Origin: an uncultured Gammaproteobacteria bacterium
Lineage (GTDB): Bacteria; Patescibacteriota; Microgenomatia; Daviesbacterales; UBA10151
Direction: 5' to 3'
Assembly (NCBI GenBank): GCA_964360965.1
Contig: CAYHYM010000004.1
Location: 1 to 32,000 of the forward strand
DNA: 32,000 nucleotides
Under the pieces are notes generated by a model that saw only the letters and a program-made list of their open reading frames with translations, had not been told where the DNA came from and did not search any database. The position numbers and the translations under genes are program-made. Positions 7,236-15,379 of the stretch are shown here, piece after piece; position 1 is the first letter of the stretch, and the number at the start of each line of letters is the position of its first letter.

Positions 7236-7520
7236 ATGGGGCCACCTGAAGCTGGTTTAACTCAAATTGAAGACACTTTTAAAAATGCCATCTCTGTTTC
7301 AGTGGGACTGGCTTTTGTGGCTTTGGTGGTGGTGCTGATCTGGGCAGGCATTAAATTTTTAACCTCAGGAGGGGAGGCTAAAGCCCTACAGTCTGCCACA
7401 CAGACCGTCACCTGGGCTCTTCTGGGAATTTTATTTCTGGCCATAGCCTGGCTGGTGTTGCTGCTGATTAAAATCTTTACCGGAATAGATGTGACAACTT
7501 TTAACATTCAGGTTTTATAG
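7236..7520 (+). CDS. Minimal TrbC/VirB2-like pilin (two helices, no obvious signal peptide)
   Basis: 94-aa ORF with the module VALVVVLIWAGIKFLTSGGEAKALQSATQTVTWALLGILFLAIAWLVL. Confidence 0.75.
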   Translation: MGPPEAGLTQIEDTFKNAISVSVGLAFVALVVVLIWAGIKFLTSGGEAKALQSATQTVTWALLGILFLAIAWLVLLLIKIFTGIDVTTFNIQVL

Positions 7521-7568
7521 TATCAACGTATGTTGCAAAATAACCATTAGTTGTTTTAAACTTAAATT

Positions 7569-9164
7569 ATGTCTGTTAAGAAATTAATCTTCAGCTTAGC
7601 GGTATCTTTGGCATTTCTTTTGCTACCTGCTACCAACCACCAGCTATTAACTATCTCTGCTCAAACTACCACTTCCTCTGCCACTGCCTCTACAGCCATC
7701 AAACCATTGGGCATAGTCAGCTTTCAATCCCCACAATATATCAACCTGCAAATGATAAACCTGATGCACTCTGCCAGTTGCTTGATAAGCGGCATCTCTC
7801 CCATAAACCAACCTTGCGTGGAATACATTGGGGGTATCCCCGTACTTTCCTCTGTTAACCTATCAGGCGGTATGTTGGGTACTATCAGCACAGGATTGGC
7901 ACTACTTTATACAAATCCTCCCATCAAAAGCATTGAATACCTGGGTAGTATAGGGGACAGTTTAAGTTTTTTTGAAGTTAAACAGGCCCAAGCTCAGGTG
8001 GGAGGCTCTGGCAGCAAGGTATTATCTCCGGTTTTGGACCTTTGGAAAGTTTCAAGGAACATTGCCTATCTAACTATAATGATCATTTTTGTGGTGATTG
8101 GGGTGATGGTGATGTTTAGGAACAGAATCAATCCTCAAACAGTCATCACAGTCCAGGCAGCCCTGCCAGGCCTGGTGATTGGACTCATACTTATTACTTT
8201 CAGTTATTTTTTGGCAGCACTATTGGCAGATATTGCTTTTGTGGGCTCAAATATAGTCGGCCATTATTTTACCATTGCCCAAAGTCAAGCCATCTCTGTC
8301 AAAGGACCGGTGAACACTCTAGAAAACGAAAATGTCTTAAGTATCTTTAGCAGATTTTTTAACACCACCTCCAAAGAACAGTTTATTCCCCTATTTGACA
8401 CCATCTTTAAAAACCTGCCCACACCAGCCGCTTTAGATATTTTGACTCCTGCCCGTATGTTTACTTATGTTATTGTGGGAATGACTAACCAAATATTAAC
8501 CTTAACTGGTATATCCTCTATACCTGTAGCAGGCACTGCTACAGGTATATTTACAGGTATTAAAGGACTAACAGATGCACAGGCTACAGGATCATTTTTA
8601 GTATGGCTGATCTTAATACTAGTACTGATGTATTCCATGTTTAGAGTACTTTATCGTTTGATAATCAGTTATTTAACCATCATCTTTTTAACCATCACCG
8701 CCCCTTTTCATTTTTTAATTGCCGCTTTCCCGGGAAGACAAGAGGTGGTGACTGTTTGGGCCAGAAACATGCTGGCCAATATCCTGGTTTTTCCCGGAGT
8801 GTTGGCCATATTTTATTTTGCCGGCTATCTGATGGGGCCCACATTATTAACAAGCGCCGGTGGAGCAGGAGGATTAACTCTTAGTGATCTACTCAATATT
8901 AACAATCAATTGGGTGTGGCAGGAGCAAAAACACTGCCGCTTTTGGGAGGATTGGATCAAACAGTGATCCAGTTAATTCTGGCTTATGGCGCGCTGATTG
9001 CCGCACCAGCCATTCCGGAAATTATCATCAATGCCATAGGTAAAGTTGGTCCTGCCGGACAGACCATTGGTAGAGAGGTGACTGGAGCTATACAAAGCGG
9101 CAGAGGATACCTGCAACAAGGAGCCGGGGCAATTGGTGGAGCCTTGGGAGGCGGTAGACGTTAA
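7569..9164 (+). CDS. Polytopic membrane protein, VirB6/TrbL (PrgH/ConG)-like by topology and context
   Basis: 531-aa ORF with a signal peptide and several long hydrophobic helices (IAYLTIMIIFVVIGVMVMF, LVIGLILITFSYFLAALLADIAFV, FLVWLILILVLMYSMF, LTIIFLTITAPFHFLIAAF, ILVFPGVLAIFYFAGYL). The C-terminus is Gly-rich. It sits directly after the pilin genes. The assignment rests on architecture and synteny, not on a diagnostic motif. Confidence 0.55.
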   Translation: MSVKKLIFSLAVSLAFLLLPATNHQLLTISAQTTTSSATASTAIKPLGIVSFQSPQYINLQMINLMHSASCLISGISPINQPCVEYIGGIPVLSSVNLSGGMLGTISTGLALLYTNPPIKSIEYLGSIGDSLSFFEVKQAQAQVGGSGSKVLSPVLDLWKVSRNIAYLTIMIIFVVIGVMVMFRNRINPQTVITVQAALPGLVIGLILITFSYFLAALLADIAFVGSNIVGHYFTIAQSQAISVKGPVNTLENENVLSIFSRFFNTTSKEQFIPLFDTIFKNLPTPAALDILTPARMFTYVIVGMTNQILTLTGISSIPVAGTATGIFTGIKGLTDAQATGSFLVWLILILVLMYSMFRVLYRLIISYLTIIFLTITAPFHFLIAAFPGRQEVVTVWARNMLANILVFPGVLAIFYFAGYLMGPTLLTSAGGAGGLTLSDLLNINNQLGVAGAKTLPLLGGLDQTVIQLILAYGALIAAPAIPEIIINAIGKVGPAGQTIGREVTGAIQSGRGYLQQGAGAIGGALGGGRR

Positions 9165-10855
9165 AAGCTCTTAATCACTTTTTGCCAAATAAATTTCCCC
9201 ATTCCCTTAAACAAGAATCCATCAACCAACCATACCCCGTTAACAAAAAAGTTTGTTCCTGCAGAAGCATTAAAATGTCTCATTAAATCCTCGGCTTGAT
9301 CCTCACCAGTAGCTCCCTTTGTCTCATTAATTGCCCAGTAAAATTGTGGTCTACCCCATCTATTATAAGATTTGGTGAATTCATTGCGAAGTTTTAGTAC
9401 TCTTTGGCCCTCATCTGTATTAACATAGTTTAAAATCTGTCCCAGAACAAAGGCTCTGACTTTTTGTGGTTCTGCAGCACCATAATAGCTCAGAGAATTA
9501 AAATTACCAGCAAGCTCATTAAATGATTTTACTATATCAGGCATATTCTTTTCAGGATCATCCAAAGCTCTAGCAGGTGATATCAGGGGACTGTTAATAA
9601 ATCCACCAAGAAGTTTATCTACTAAATCGTTTGTTCCATTAACAATTACAGACCAGCCGTAAAATGAGGTGTCCGGATTATCTTTAAGTTTATCGCGTAA
9701 CTCAAGCAGATTTTTACACTTGAGAAAATAGCTTAAAGATCTGGCATGGGTATCAAAGGCCCCAATCAACTGTCTGGCTTGAACTGCAGAATGTTCTCTA
9801 CTTGCCAAAAACTCCGGGGTAAATATCAATTTGGTCCAAAGATAGGGGGAATTGCCTGATAACTGAGAATATTTACTCCTATCACTACCACTATATTCAA
9901 AGTGGTACGCTGGATTTGCCCATTGATTAACCCACTCTCTCCAGTACAGATTATTTGTCATATCTATTTTTTGACCCTTAAATACATTATTTAAAATTTG
10001 CTGTTCAACTAATTCTCCATCTTTTGTCAGGGGACCAGTAAAACGGGTGATGTCTGCGGTGGCTATATATAACCTGTAAGTTAACACAGCAGCCAATTCA
10101 GCTTGTTTTTTATCTAAACTTTGATTTTTTTGCAGTTGTTCTGATATTTGGTTTATTATCATCTCTTTTTCTTTATCACTTTTTTTATAACTTCTAAAAA
10201 CCTGGCCATTACTTTTTTCCACCCACTCAACTCCCTCTCTGACTCCCTCTATATCCCATGTCCAATTAAATGCCTCTCTAAATATAACAGCTGCCACCAA
10301 TTCTGCAAATTTTGGTCCAGCTCCAAAATTAACAGTCCACTCTGCACCACTCAGACATGCTCTAACCATGAACATCTTTTGTGCTTTTTCTATTTCCTCT
10401 ATTTCTTTTTCACCAGCACCTGATCCCATTTTAGCACTCACCAACGTATCAAATAATTCCTGATATTTATTTATCTCAGCCAGAGGTGACATGTCCTTCG
10501 CGCCTACAATATTAGGCATACGGTCTTCTAATCTAATGATTAAAGCATCAGCTATTTTCTTAATTTGCTCTGGTGTCTGATCTGGTCTAAATGGACCAAG
10601 ACCTGCAAACATCTCTGCCCCACCTTCCATCCTGGGTATTCTGGCTACTTCTTGACCGGTTTGTGGATCAAAATAAACATGGTACTTCCCTTCTACTTTA
10701 GAAGGATAATCTACCTGGGGATTTAGTTCTGGAGAACGAGTCGCCCCCACAACACTTTTTCCTGCTTCAGGAACCACCTCTTTTACTATTGGAGTAGGAT
10801 TAGGTGATTCATTTTCCGGACTATCTGATCCCTCTGCCATAATCTCTCTAGCCAT
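9161..10855 (-). CDS. Hypothetical soluble protein, no recognisable family
   Basis: 564-aa ORF with no signal peptide or TM helix and an acidic, disordered N-terminus. Its stop overlaps the VirB6-like stop within the tetranucleotide TTAA. Confidence 0.65.
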   Translation of the reverse strand: MAREIMAEGSDSPENESPNPTPIVKEVVPEAGKSVVGATRSPELNPQVDYPSKVEGKYHVYFDPQTGQEVARIPRMEGGAEMFAGLGPFRPDQTPEQIKKIADALIIRLEDRMPNIVGAKDMSPLAEINKYQELFDTLVSAKMGSGAGEKEIEEIEKAQKMFMVRACLSGAEWTVNFGAGPKFAELVAAVIFREAFNWTWDIEGVREGVEWVEKSNGQVFRSYKKSDKEKEMIINQISEQLQKNQSLDKKQAELAAVLTYRLYIATADITRFTGPLTKDGELVEQQILNNVFKGQKIDMTNNLYWREWVNQWANPAYHFEYSGSDRSKYSQLSGNSPYLWTKLIFTPEFLASREHSAVQARQLIGAFDTHARSLSYFLKCKNLLELRDKLKDNPDTSFYGWSVIVNGTNDLVDKLLGGFINSPLISPARALDDPEKNMPDIVKSFNELAGNFNSLSYYGAAEPQKVRAFVLGQILNYVNTDEGQRVLKLRNEFTKSYNRWGRPQFYWAINETKGATGEDQAEDLMRHFNASAGTNFFVNGVWLVDGFLFKGMGKFIWQKVIKSF

Positions 10856-10891
10856 CTTCCTTTCCTCCGTCTATAGTATATTATACCATAC

Positions 10892-11755
10892 TTATGGCTT
10901 CCAACCGCATTGGGGACAATTGGTTAACTGCCCTGCCTGAATTTTTTTCACTTCTTCATCATTGGCCACCCAAGAACATATGTTACAACAAATCTCAGGA
11001 CAGTTCTCTGAGGAGTTGGAGTGGGCCAAAAAGGCCTTAAAAGCAGTTAATCCATCCATTCTAATGGGACAGCTGATAACCACACCCTGTCCAAACATAT
11101 CTCTTACTTGTTCTGCATTAAAAAAGCTATCATAGATCCTCTCAGCTTGTTCCAAAGCTTTTTCTTGATCTTTTAAATCCTGACCTGTTTTTATCTTTTC
11201 CCAAATCTCCGGAGCTACAATTAACTCTTTGAGGGTGTCTATCCAATCCCCGGCGCTGAAAATTAAAGGAGTAGATCTGACTGAATTTAAGCTCAACAAA
11301 AGAGGCCTATTTTGACTTCGCTCAGCCAAAGCTTGAGCCCGCTCCAAACAATCCTCATATCTTAAGTTTAATATGATGGCTCTGTTAAGCAACCTTTTTT
11401 GACTGTTTGGGTGTAAAATTTCACTAATAATTAGTTTAGATGTGGGATAATATACTGAGTCCTGAGGACTGATCCAAACCGCTGCACCTGCCTCACTATC
11501 CCTAAACCATCTATTAATAAAATCAAAAGCCTGACCTTCTAATTGACCCACCAAATTATCTCTTTTAATAATACTGGCAACTTTACATTCCGCGGTTGGG
11601 GAATATAAATCACCATCTTTATCTTGCACAAAACAGTAAGCATCGGGAGATCTTCTTGATTCCTGGAGGCAGGAGGTTATCTCCGGGATCGCTTGTGTTC
11701 TATTATCTTTCCAGGAAGGAGCGAAATCTTTAATTAATGTATCAGCTTCAAGCAT
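10892..11755 (-). CDS. Hypothetical protein with a C-terminal Cys4 zinc-ribbon-like motif
   Basis: 287-aa ORF. Its C-terminus reads CPEICCNICSW...(about 20 aa)...CPQCGWKP. No other family was recognised. Confidence 0.65.
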   Translation of the reverse strand: MLEADTLIKDFAPSWKDNRTQAIPEITSCLQESRRSPDAYCFVQDKDGDLYSPTAECKVASIIKRDNLVGQLEGQAFDFINRWFRDSEAGAAVWISPQDSVYYPTSKLIISEILHPNSQKRLLNRAIILNLRYEDCLERAQALAERSQNRPLLLSLNSVRSTPLIFSAGDWIDTLKELIVAPEIWEKIKTGQDLKDQEKALEQAERIYDSFFNAEQVRDMFGQGVVISCPIRMDGLTAFKAFLAHSNSSENCPEICCNICSWVANDEEVKKIQAGQLTNCPQCGWKP

Positions 11756-11897
11756 GTTAGCGTCCTGCGACGCACCAGACAGTGCATCGTCATGAACCTT
11801 ACATGGTTCGTCACCGCTTAGTCAAGATATCAATCATAAGTTATTAGTTTAAAACTGATTGTCATAGATTGCCCTATAATGATACTTTTTTAGGCTC

Positions 11898-11926
11898 TTG
11901 CACAGTACTTTTTCACATTGTATGAT
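11898..11926 (+). promoter_or_regulatory. Candidate promoter TTGCAC-17 nt-TATGAT for the VirB4 operon
   Basis: TTGCAC (11898-11903), 17-nt spacer, TATGAT (11921-11926). The likely ATG at 11936 is only 9 nt downstream of the -10 element. Confidence 0.35.
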
Positions 11927-11935
11927 CGTGTGAGT

Positions 11936-12925
11936 ATGGAACCGCATCCCATTCCCCAAAATGTCACCTCGTTTGAGTTTCATCTGGTGGGTGACATGAC
12001 CTTAAAACAATTTATGTTTTTATCATCAGGTTTGGGGGTATCTTATCTGTTATTTGTTTTTCTCTCTCCCCAAAACCCGTTTCTGGCCTATCCTTTAATT
12101 CTGCTGTTTTCCTTTTTAGGAGTGGCTTTTGCTTTTATGGGCATTGCTGACCGGTCTTTAGATCATTGGCTTTGGGTTTTCATCAAAGCAGTTTTCTCCC
12201 CCACCAAAAGAGTCTGGGGAAAGGCAGGTAAATCGTATGCTCAAAATAACCTGTTTTCCCAAAGGAGCGCTTTTTTTAACCAGGTAGTCCAAACATCATC
12301 CTCCCCTTTTGAGCCAATAACCTCTCCTGTTGCTCAAACAAATGTCCAGCCCCTGCCCACAGAAGAGGAGCTGCAAAAAACAGTGACTTTGGCCAGAGAG
12401 GCCCAAAGTTTGCAGACTAGAATTATTGAATCAGAAAGACAGCTGGAAAGCATCAAGGTCACTCCCCAAAATATTTCACCCCAGCAAATTGAGGCAACCT
12501 TATCAACCTTACAAAAACTGGTCACTGAAACTTCCGGTATTAAAGAACAACTACTCAGAGCCACTCACCAAAAAGAGCAGCCAAAGCCTTCTGAAGTCAA
12601 AATCACTCCCGCCTCTTTTCAAAGACCAATACAGGCGGTGCTAACTTCCCTGCCCAATGTGATAAATGGTGTTGTCAAAGATGCTTTGGGCAATTTTTTG
12701 GAAGGGGTGGTGGTGGTAATTTATAACAAAGAAGGCCTGCCAGTCAGAGCCTTAAAAACCAATAAACTGGGTCAGTTCTCAGGCTCCACCCCCTTGCCAA
12801 ACAACAGTTACAGAATTGAACTGGAAAAGGATGATCTGTTATTTGATATTTTGCAAATAGATTTAACAGGCCTGGTTTTACCTGCCATGGAAATTTTATC
12901 TAAAAAAAGGGTTTTTCAGACATGA
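11936..12925 (+). CDS. PrgI/VirB3-like T4SS membrane protein with a C-terminal CarboxypepD_reg-like beta-sandwich
   Basis: The ORF track starts at TTG 11918, but ATG 11936 (MEPHPIPQNVTSFEFHLVGDMTLKQFMFL...) matches the usual PrgI-family N-terminus. Two TM helices follow. The C-terminus (INGVVKDALGNFLEGVVVVIYNKEGLPVRALKTNKLGQFSG) fits the carboxypeptidase-regulatory-like fold pattern. Confidence 0.65.
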   Translation: MEPHPIPQNVTSFEFHLVGDMTLKQFMFLSSGLGVSYLLFVFLSPQNPFLAYPLILLFSFLGVAFAFMGIADRSLDHWLWVFIKAVFSPTKRVWGKAGKSYAQNNLFSQRSAFFNQVVQTSSSPFEPITSPVAQTNVQPLPTEEELQKTVTLAREAQSLQTRIIESERQLESIKVTPQNISPQQIEATLSTLQKLVTETSGIKEQLLRATHQKEQPKPSEVKITPASFQRPIQAVLTSLPNVINGVVKDALGNFLEGVVVVIYNKEGLPVRALKTNKLGQFSGSTPLPNNSYRIELEKDDLLFDILQIDLTGLVLPAMEILSKKRVFQT

Positions 12926-13641
12926 ATACCACCCAGCAACATCTTCAGATGGAGGATATAAAAGATGATCTGATGATTTTGAAAAATGGCGGAGCGGCTT
13001 TGATTTTACAAAGCTCAGCTTTAAATTTCGGGCTGTTATCAGAGGTTGAACAACACTCAGTGGTGTTGTCTTTTGCCCAGATGCTCAATTCCCTGTCTTT
13101 TCCCATCCAGATTATGATTTATTCCCAAAGGCTCAATATTAACTCATATCTTCATTTGTTGGAGCGAGCCCGAACAATGCAGAGGAATCCCCTTCTTTCT
13201 CAAATGATTGACCGTTATAAAAACTTTGTGACTCAGGTTATTAAAGAAAATGATGTTTTGGATAAAAAATTTTATGTCATAGCCTATACCTCTTCTTTGG
13301 AGATGGGATTTGGTTTTAAAAATAAGGAGGCAAGATTAAAAAGAGCTCAAGCCATACTTTGGCCAAGAAGGGATCAGCTGATAAGGCAACTGGCCCGAGT
13401 GGGGCTAAAAGCAAACCAGCTGACCAGCCTGGAAATGCTGCAGCTTTTATATGATATTTATAACGGGGCGCAGCAGGATGTTCTACAAATTCCTCCTGTC
13501 AAACTTTCTCCCCCTCCACCTCCCCCAAACCCACCCCGGCCAAATCCAGTTCAAACAGCAGCTGCGCCACCTTCGCAAACTATTATAAATCAACCTAAAA
13601 ATCACCCTTTTGTGGTGGAGGAACTGGAGGATAATGTTTAA
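12922..13641 (+). CDS. ATPase-less protein resembling the N-terminal domain of Gram-positive VirB4 homologues; proline-rich C-terminus
   Basis: 239-aa ORF with an ATGA overlap upstream. DIKDDLMILKNGGAALILQSSALNFGLLSEVEQHSVVLSFAQMLNSLSFPIQIMIYSQRLNINSYL resembles the N-domain pattern of Tn916 Orf16-type VirB4 proteins. There is no Walker motif. The tail reads PPVKLSPPPPPPNPPRPNP. Confidence 0.5.
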   Translation: MNTTQQHLQMEDIKDDLMILKNGGAALILQSSALNFGLLSEVEQHSVVLSFAQMLNSLSFPIQIMIYSQRLNINSYLHLLERARTMQRNPLLSQMIDRYKNFVTQVIKENDVLDKKFYVIAYTSSLEMGFGFKNKEARLKRAQAILWPRRDQLIRQLARVGLKANQLTSLEMLQLLYDIYNGAQQDVLQIPPVKLSPPPPPPNPPRPNPVQTAAAPPSQTIINQPKNHPFVVEELEDNV

Positions 13642-15364
13642 GGGCACACCCCAATTAACCCTGGAGGATATCATCGCCCCCCAAGAACTGGAGATTGATT
13701 TTAATCATCTTAAAATCAATGACAGATTTTACCGCACCTATTTTATCTCCAGCTACCCGCGATTTGTGGAGCCTAACTGGCTGGAACCTTTAATTTCTTT
13801 TGACCATTCGCTTTTTATCTCCATGTTTGTCTATCCCACCTCATCCAGGGGGGTGCTGGATGATCTACGGCGCAAAATTGCCGAGATGGAAGCCACCATA
13901 GAAGGTGATGTTGAGCGTGGACGGGAAATTGATCCAACAGTCAGAGTGGCTTTGGAGGATGCCCAGTCTTTACAGGAAGAACTGGTTAGGGGGGTGGAGA
14001 GATTTTTCCAGTTTGCCCTCTATATCAGCGTGCCTGCCCAAGATAAGGAGGATTTGCAAAATACCTGCCAGCTTTTTGAATCCACTGCCTCCTCTTTGTC
14101 TTTGAGCGCCCAGCCAGCCAGCCTGCAAATGGAAGATGGCTTTAAATCCAGTCTGCCTTTGGGATCTGACCTGTTGTATCTGACCCATAATATGGACACC
14201 CCAGCTCTCTCCACCACTTTTCCTTTTGCTTCGTCGGAGCTGACAGCCAATGAGGGAGTGATGTATGGCATCAATGCGCATAATGACTCCCTGATTCTTT
14301 TTGACAGGTTTTCTTTAGAGAATGCGAATTCAGTGGTGTTTGCCAAATCCGGCGCGGGAAAATCATATTTTGTTAAACTGGAAATTTTAAGGTCTTTAAT
14401 GTTTGGCACGGAAATTTTGGTGATTGATCCTGAGAATGAATATTTAAACCTGTGCCAGGCAGTGGGAGGCGAATATATTAACTTTTCCGCCACCTCTGCT
14501 GTTAAGATCAATCCTTTTGATCTGTCTTTAAGCTTATCTCCTGAGGAAAATGAGCTGGGCAGAAAGATATTATCTTTGACCGCCTTTTTAAAACTGGTGT
14601 TGGGCCAGCTAAACCCCCAGGAGGCGGCCATTTTGGATCGGGCTTTAAAACAAACCTACAGGTTAAAAGGCATCACTGATGACCCTAAAACCCAAATTCA
14701 GCCCCAGATAAGCACCCCTTTAATGGAGGACCTTTATAAAATACTCATCGGTATTGAAGAAAAACCGGCTCTGGATCTGGCAGCACGCTTAGAAAGATTT
14801 ATCAAAGGCTCGCTGACCGGTATTTTCTCCTCTCACTCAAACATCAATCTGTCCTCCTCTTTCACTGTTTTTTCCATCCGGAATCTGGCAGACCAGCTGC
14901 GGCCTTTGGCCATATTTATGATCCTGGAATATATCTGGACTAAAATACGCTCACAGCTTAAAAAAAGAATCCTGGTGGTTGATGAAGCCTGGTATTTGAT
15001 GAGAAATGAGGATTCGGCCAATTTTCTGGTGGATATTGCCAAAAGAGCCCGTAAGTATTTTTTGGGACTGACCACCATCACCCAGGATGTGGAGGATTTT
15101 TTAGGTACTGACCGGGGCAAAGAAATCATTGCCAATTCCTCCATTCAGGTACTTCTTAAACAAGCCCCATCATCCATTGAAAAAGTGGGGGGGACATTTA
15201 ATCTGTCAGAGGGAGAAAAAAGGCTGCTTTTATCAGAAGGGGTGGGAGAGGGACTCTTTTTTGCCGGCAATACTCATGTGGCCATGAGAGTGGTGGCCTC
15301 ACCAGAAGAACACAAATTAATTACCACCAGTCCGCAGGAAATATTGGCAAGACAAAACATTTAG
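13634..15364 (+). CDS. virB4: VirB4/TrbE/CagE-family T4SS ATPase
   Basis: Walker A is FAKSGAGKSYF (about 14341-14373) and Walker B is RILVVDEAWYL (about 14967-14999). The N-domain (YRTYFISSYPRFVEPNWLEPL) is typical of VirB4. The preferred start is ATG 13634, preceded by GGAGG (13626-13630) and overlapping the upstream stop. The track start 13610 is in the same frame. Confidence 0.9.
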   Translation: MFKGTPQLTLEDIIAPQELEIDFNHLKINDRFYRTYFISSYPRFVEPNWLEPLISFDHSLFISMFVYPTSSRGVLDDLRRKIAEMEATIEGDVERGREIDPTVRVALEDAQSLQEELVRGVERFFQFALYISVPAQDKEDLQNTCQLFESTASSLSLSAQPASLQMEDGFKSSLPLGSDLLYLTHNMDTPALSTTFPFASSELTANEGVMYGINAHNDSLILFDRFSLENANSVVFAKSGAGKSYFVKLEILRSLMFGTEILVIDPENEYLNLCQAVGGEYINFSATSAVKINPFDLSLSLSPEENELGRKILSLTAFLKLVLGQLNPQEAAILDRALKQTYRLKGITDDPKTQIQPQISTPLMEDLYKILIGIEEKPALDLAARLERFIKGSLTGIFSSHSNINLSSSFTVFSIRNLADQLRPLAIFMILEYIWTKIRSQLKKRILVVDEAWYLMRNEDSANFLVDIAKRARKYFLGLTTITQDVEDFLGTDRGKEIIANSSIQVLLKQAPSSIEKVGGTFNLSEGEKRLLLSEGVGEGLFFAGNTHVAMRVVASPEEHKLITTSPQEILARQNI

Positions 15365-15379
15365 TGGTAACCTAAGGTT

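Noticed and set aside
4768-7385. AGGAGG strings inside every pilin gene, considered as possible internal ribosome-binding sites or internal starts
   Set aside because: They are the direct consequence of the conserved T-S-G-G codons (ACC TCA GGA GGG). No suitably spaced in-frame start codon follows them.
11756-11830. Relatively GC-rich stretch with small hairpins (GCGTC-CTGC-GACGC; GAACC...GGTTC), considered as another copy of the palindromic element family
   Set aside because: The symmetry is short and imperfect, there are no clear terminal inverted repeats, and it shares no words with the other elements. It is most simply part of the divergent promoter spacer.
13610-13633. N-terminal extensions offered by the ORF track: 13610 for virB4, 21827 for yidC, 22620 for jag, 24418 for rnhA, 11918 for prgI-like, 27870 for rplY
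   Set aside because: In each case a downstream in-frame ATG gives the family-typical N-terminus. It also removes long overlaps with the upstream gene, and several have a GGAGG or ATGA coupling.
13905-15144. Antisense and off-frame ORFs within virB4, including 14020-14631 (203 aa, minus strand)
   Set aside because: They lie inside a Walker A/B-containing 577-aa gene, and their sequences have no recognisable features.
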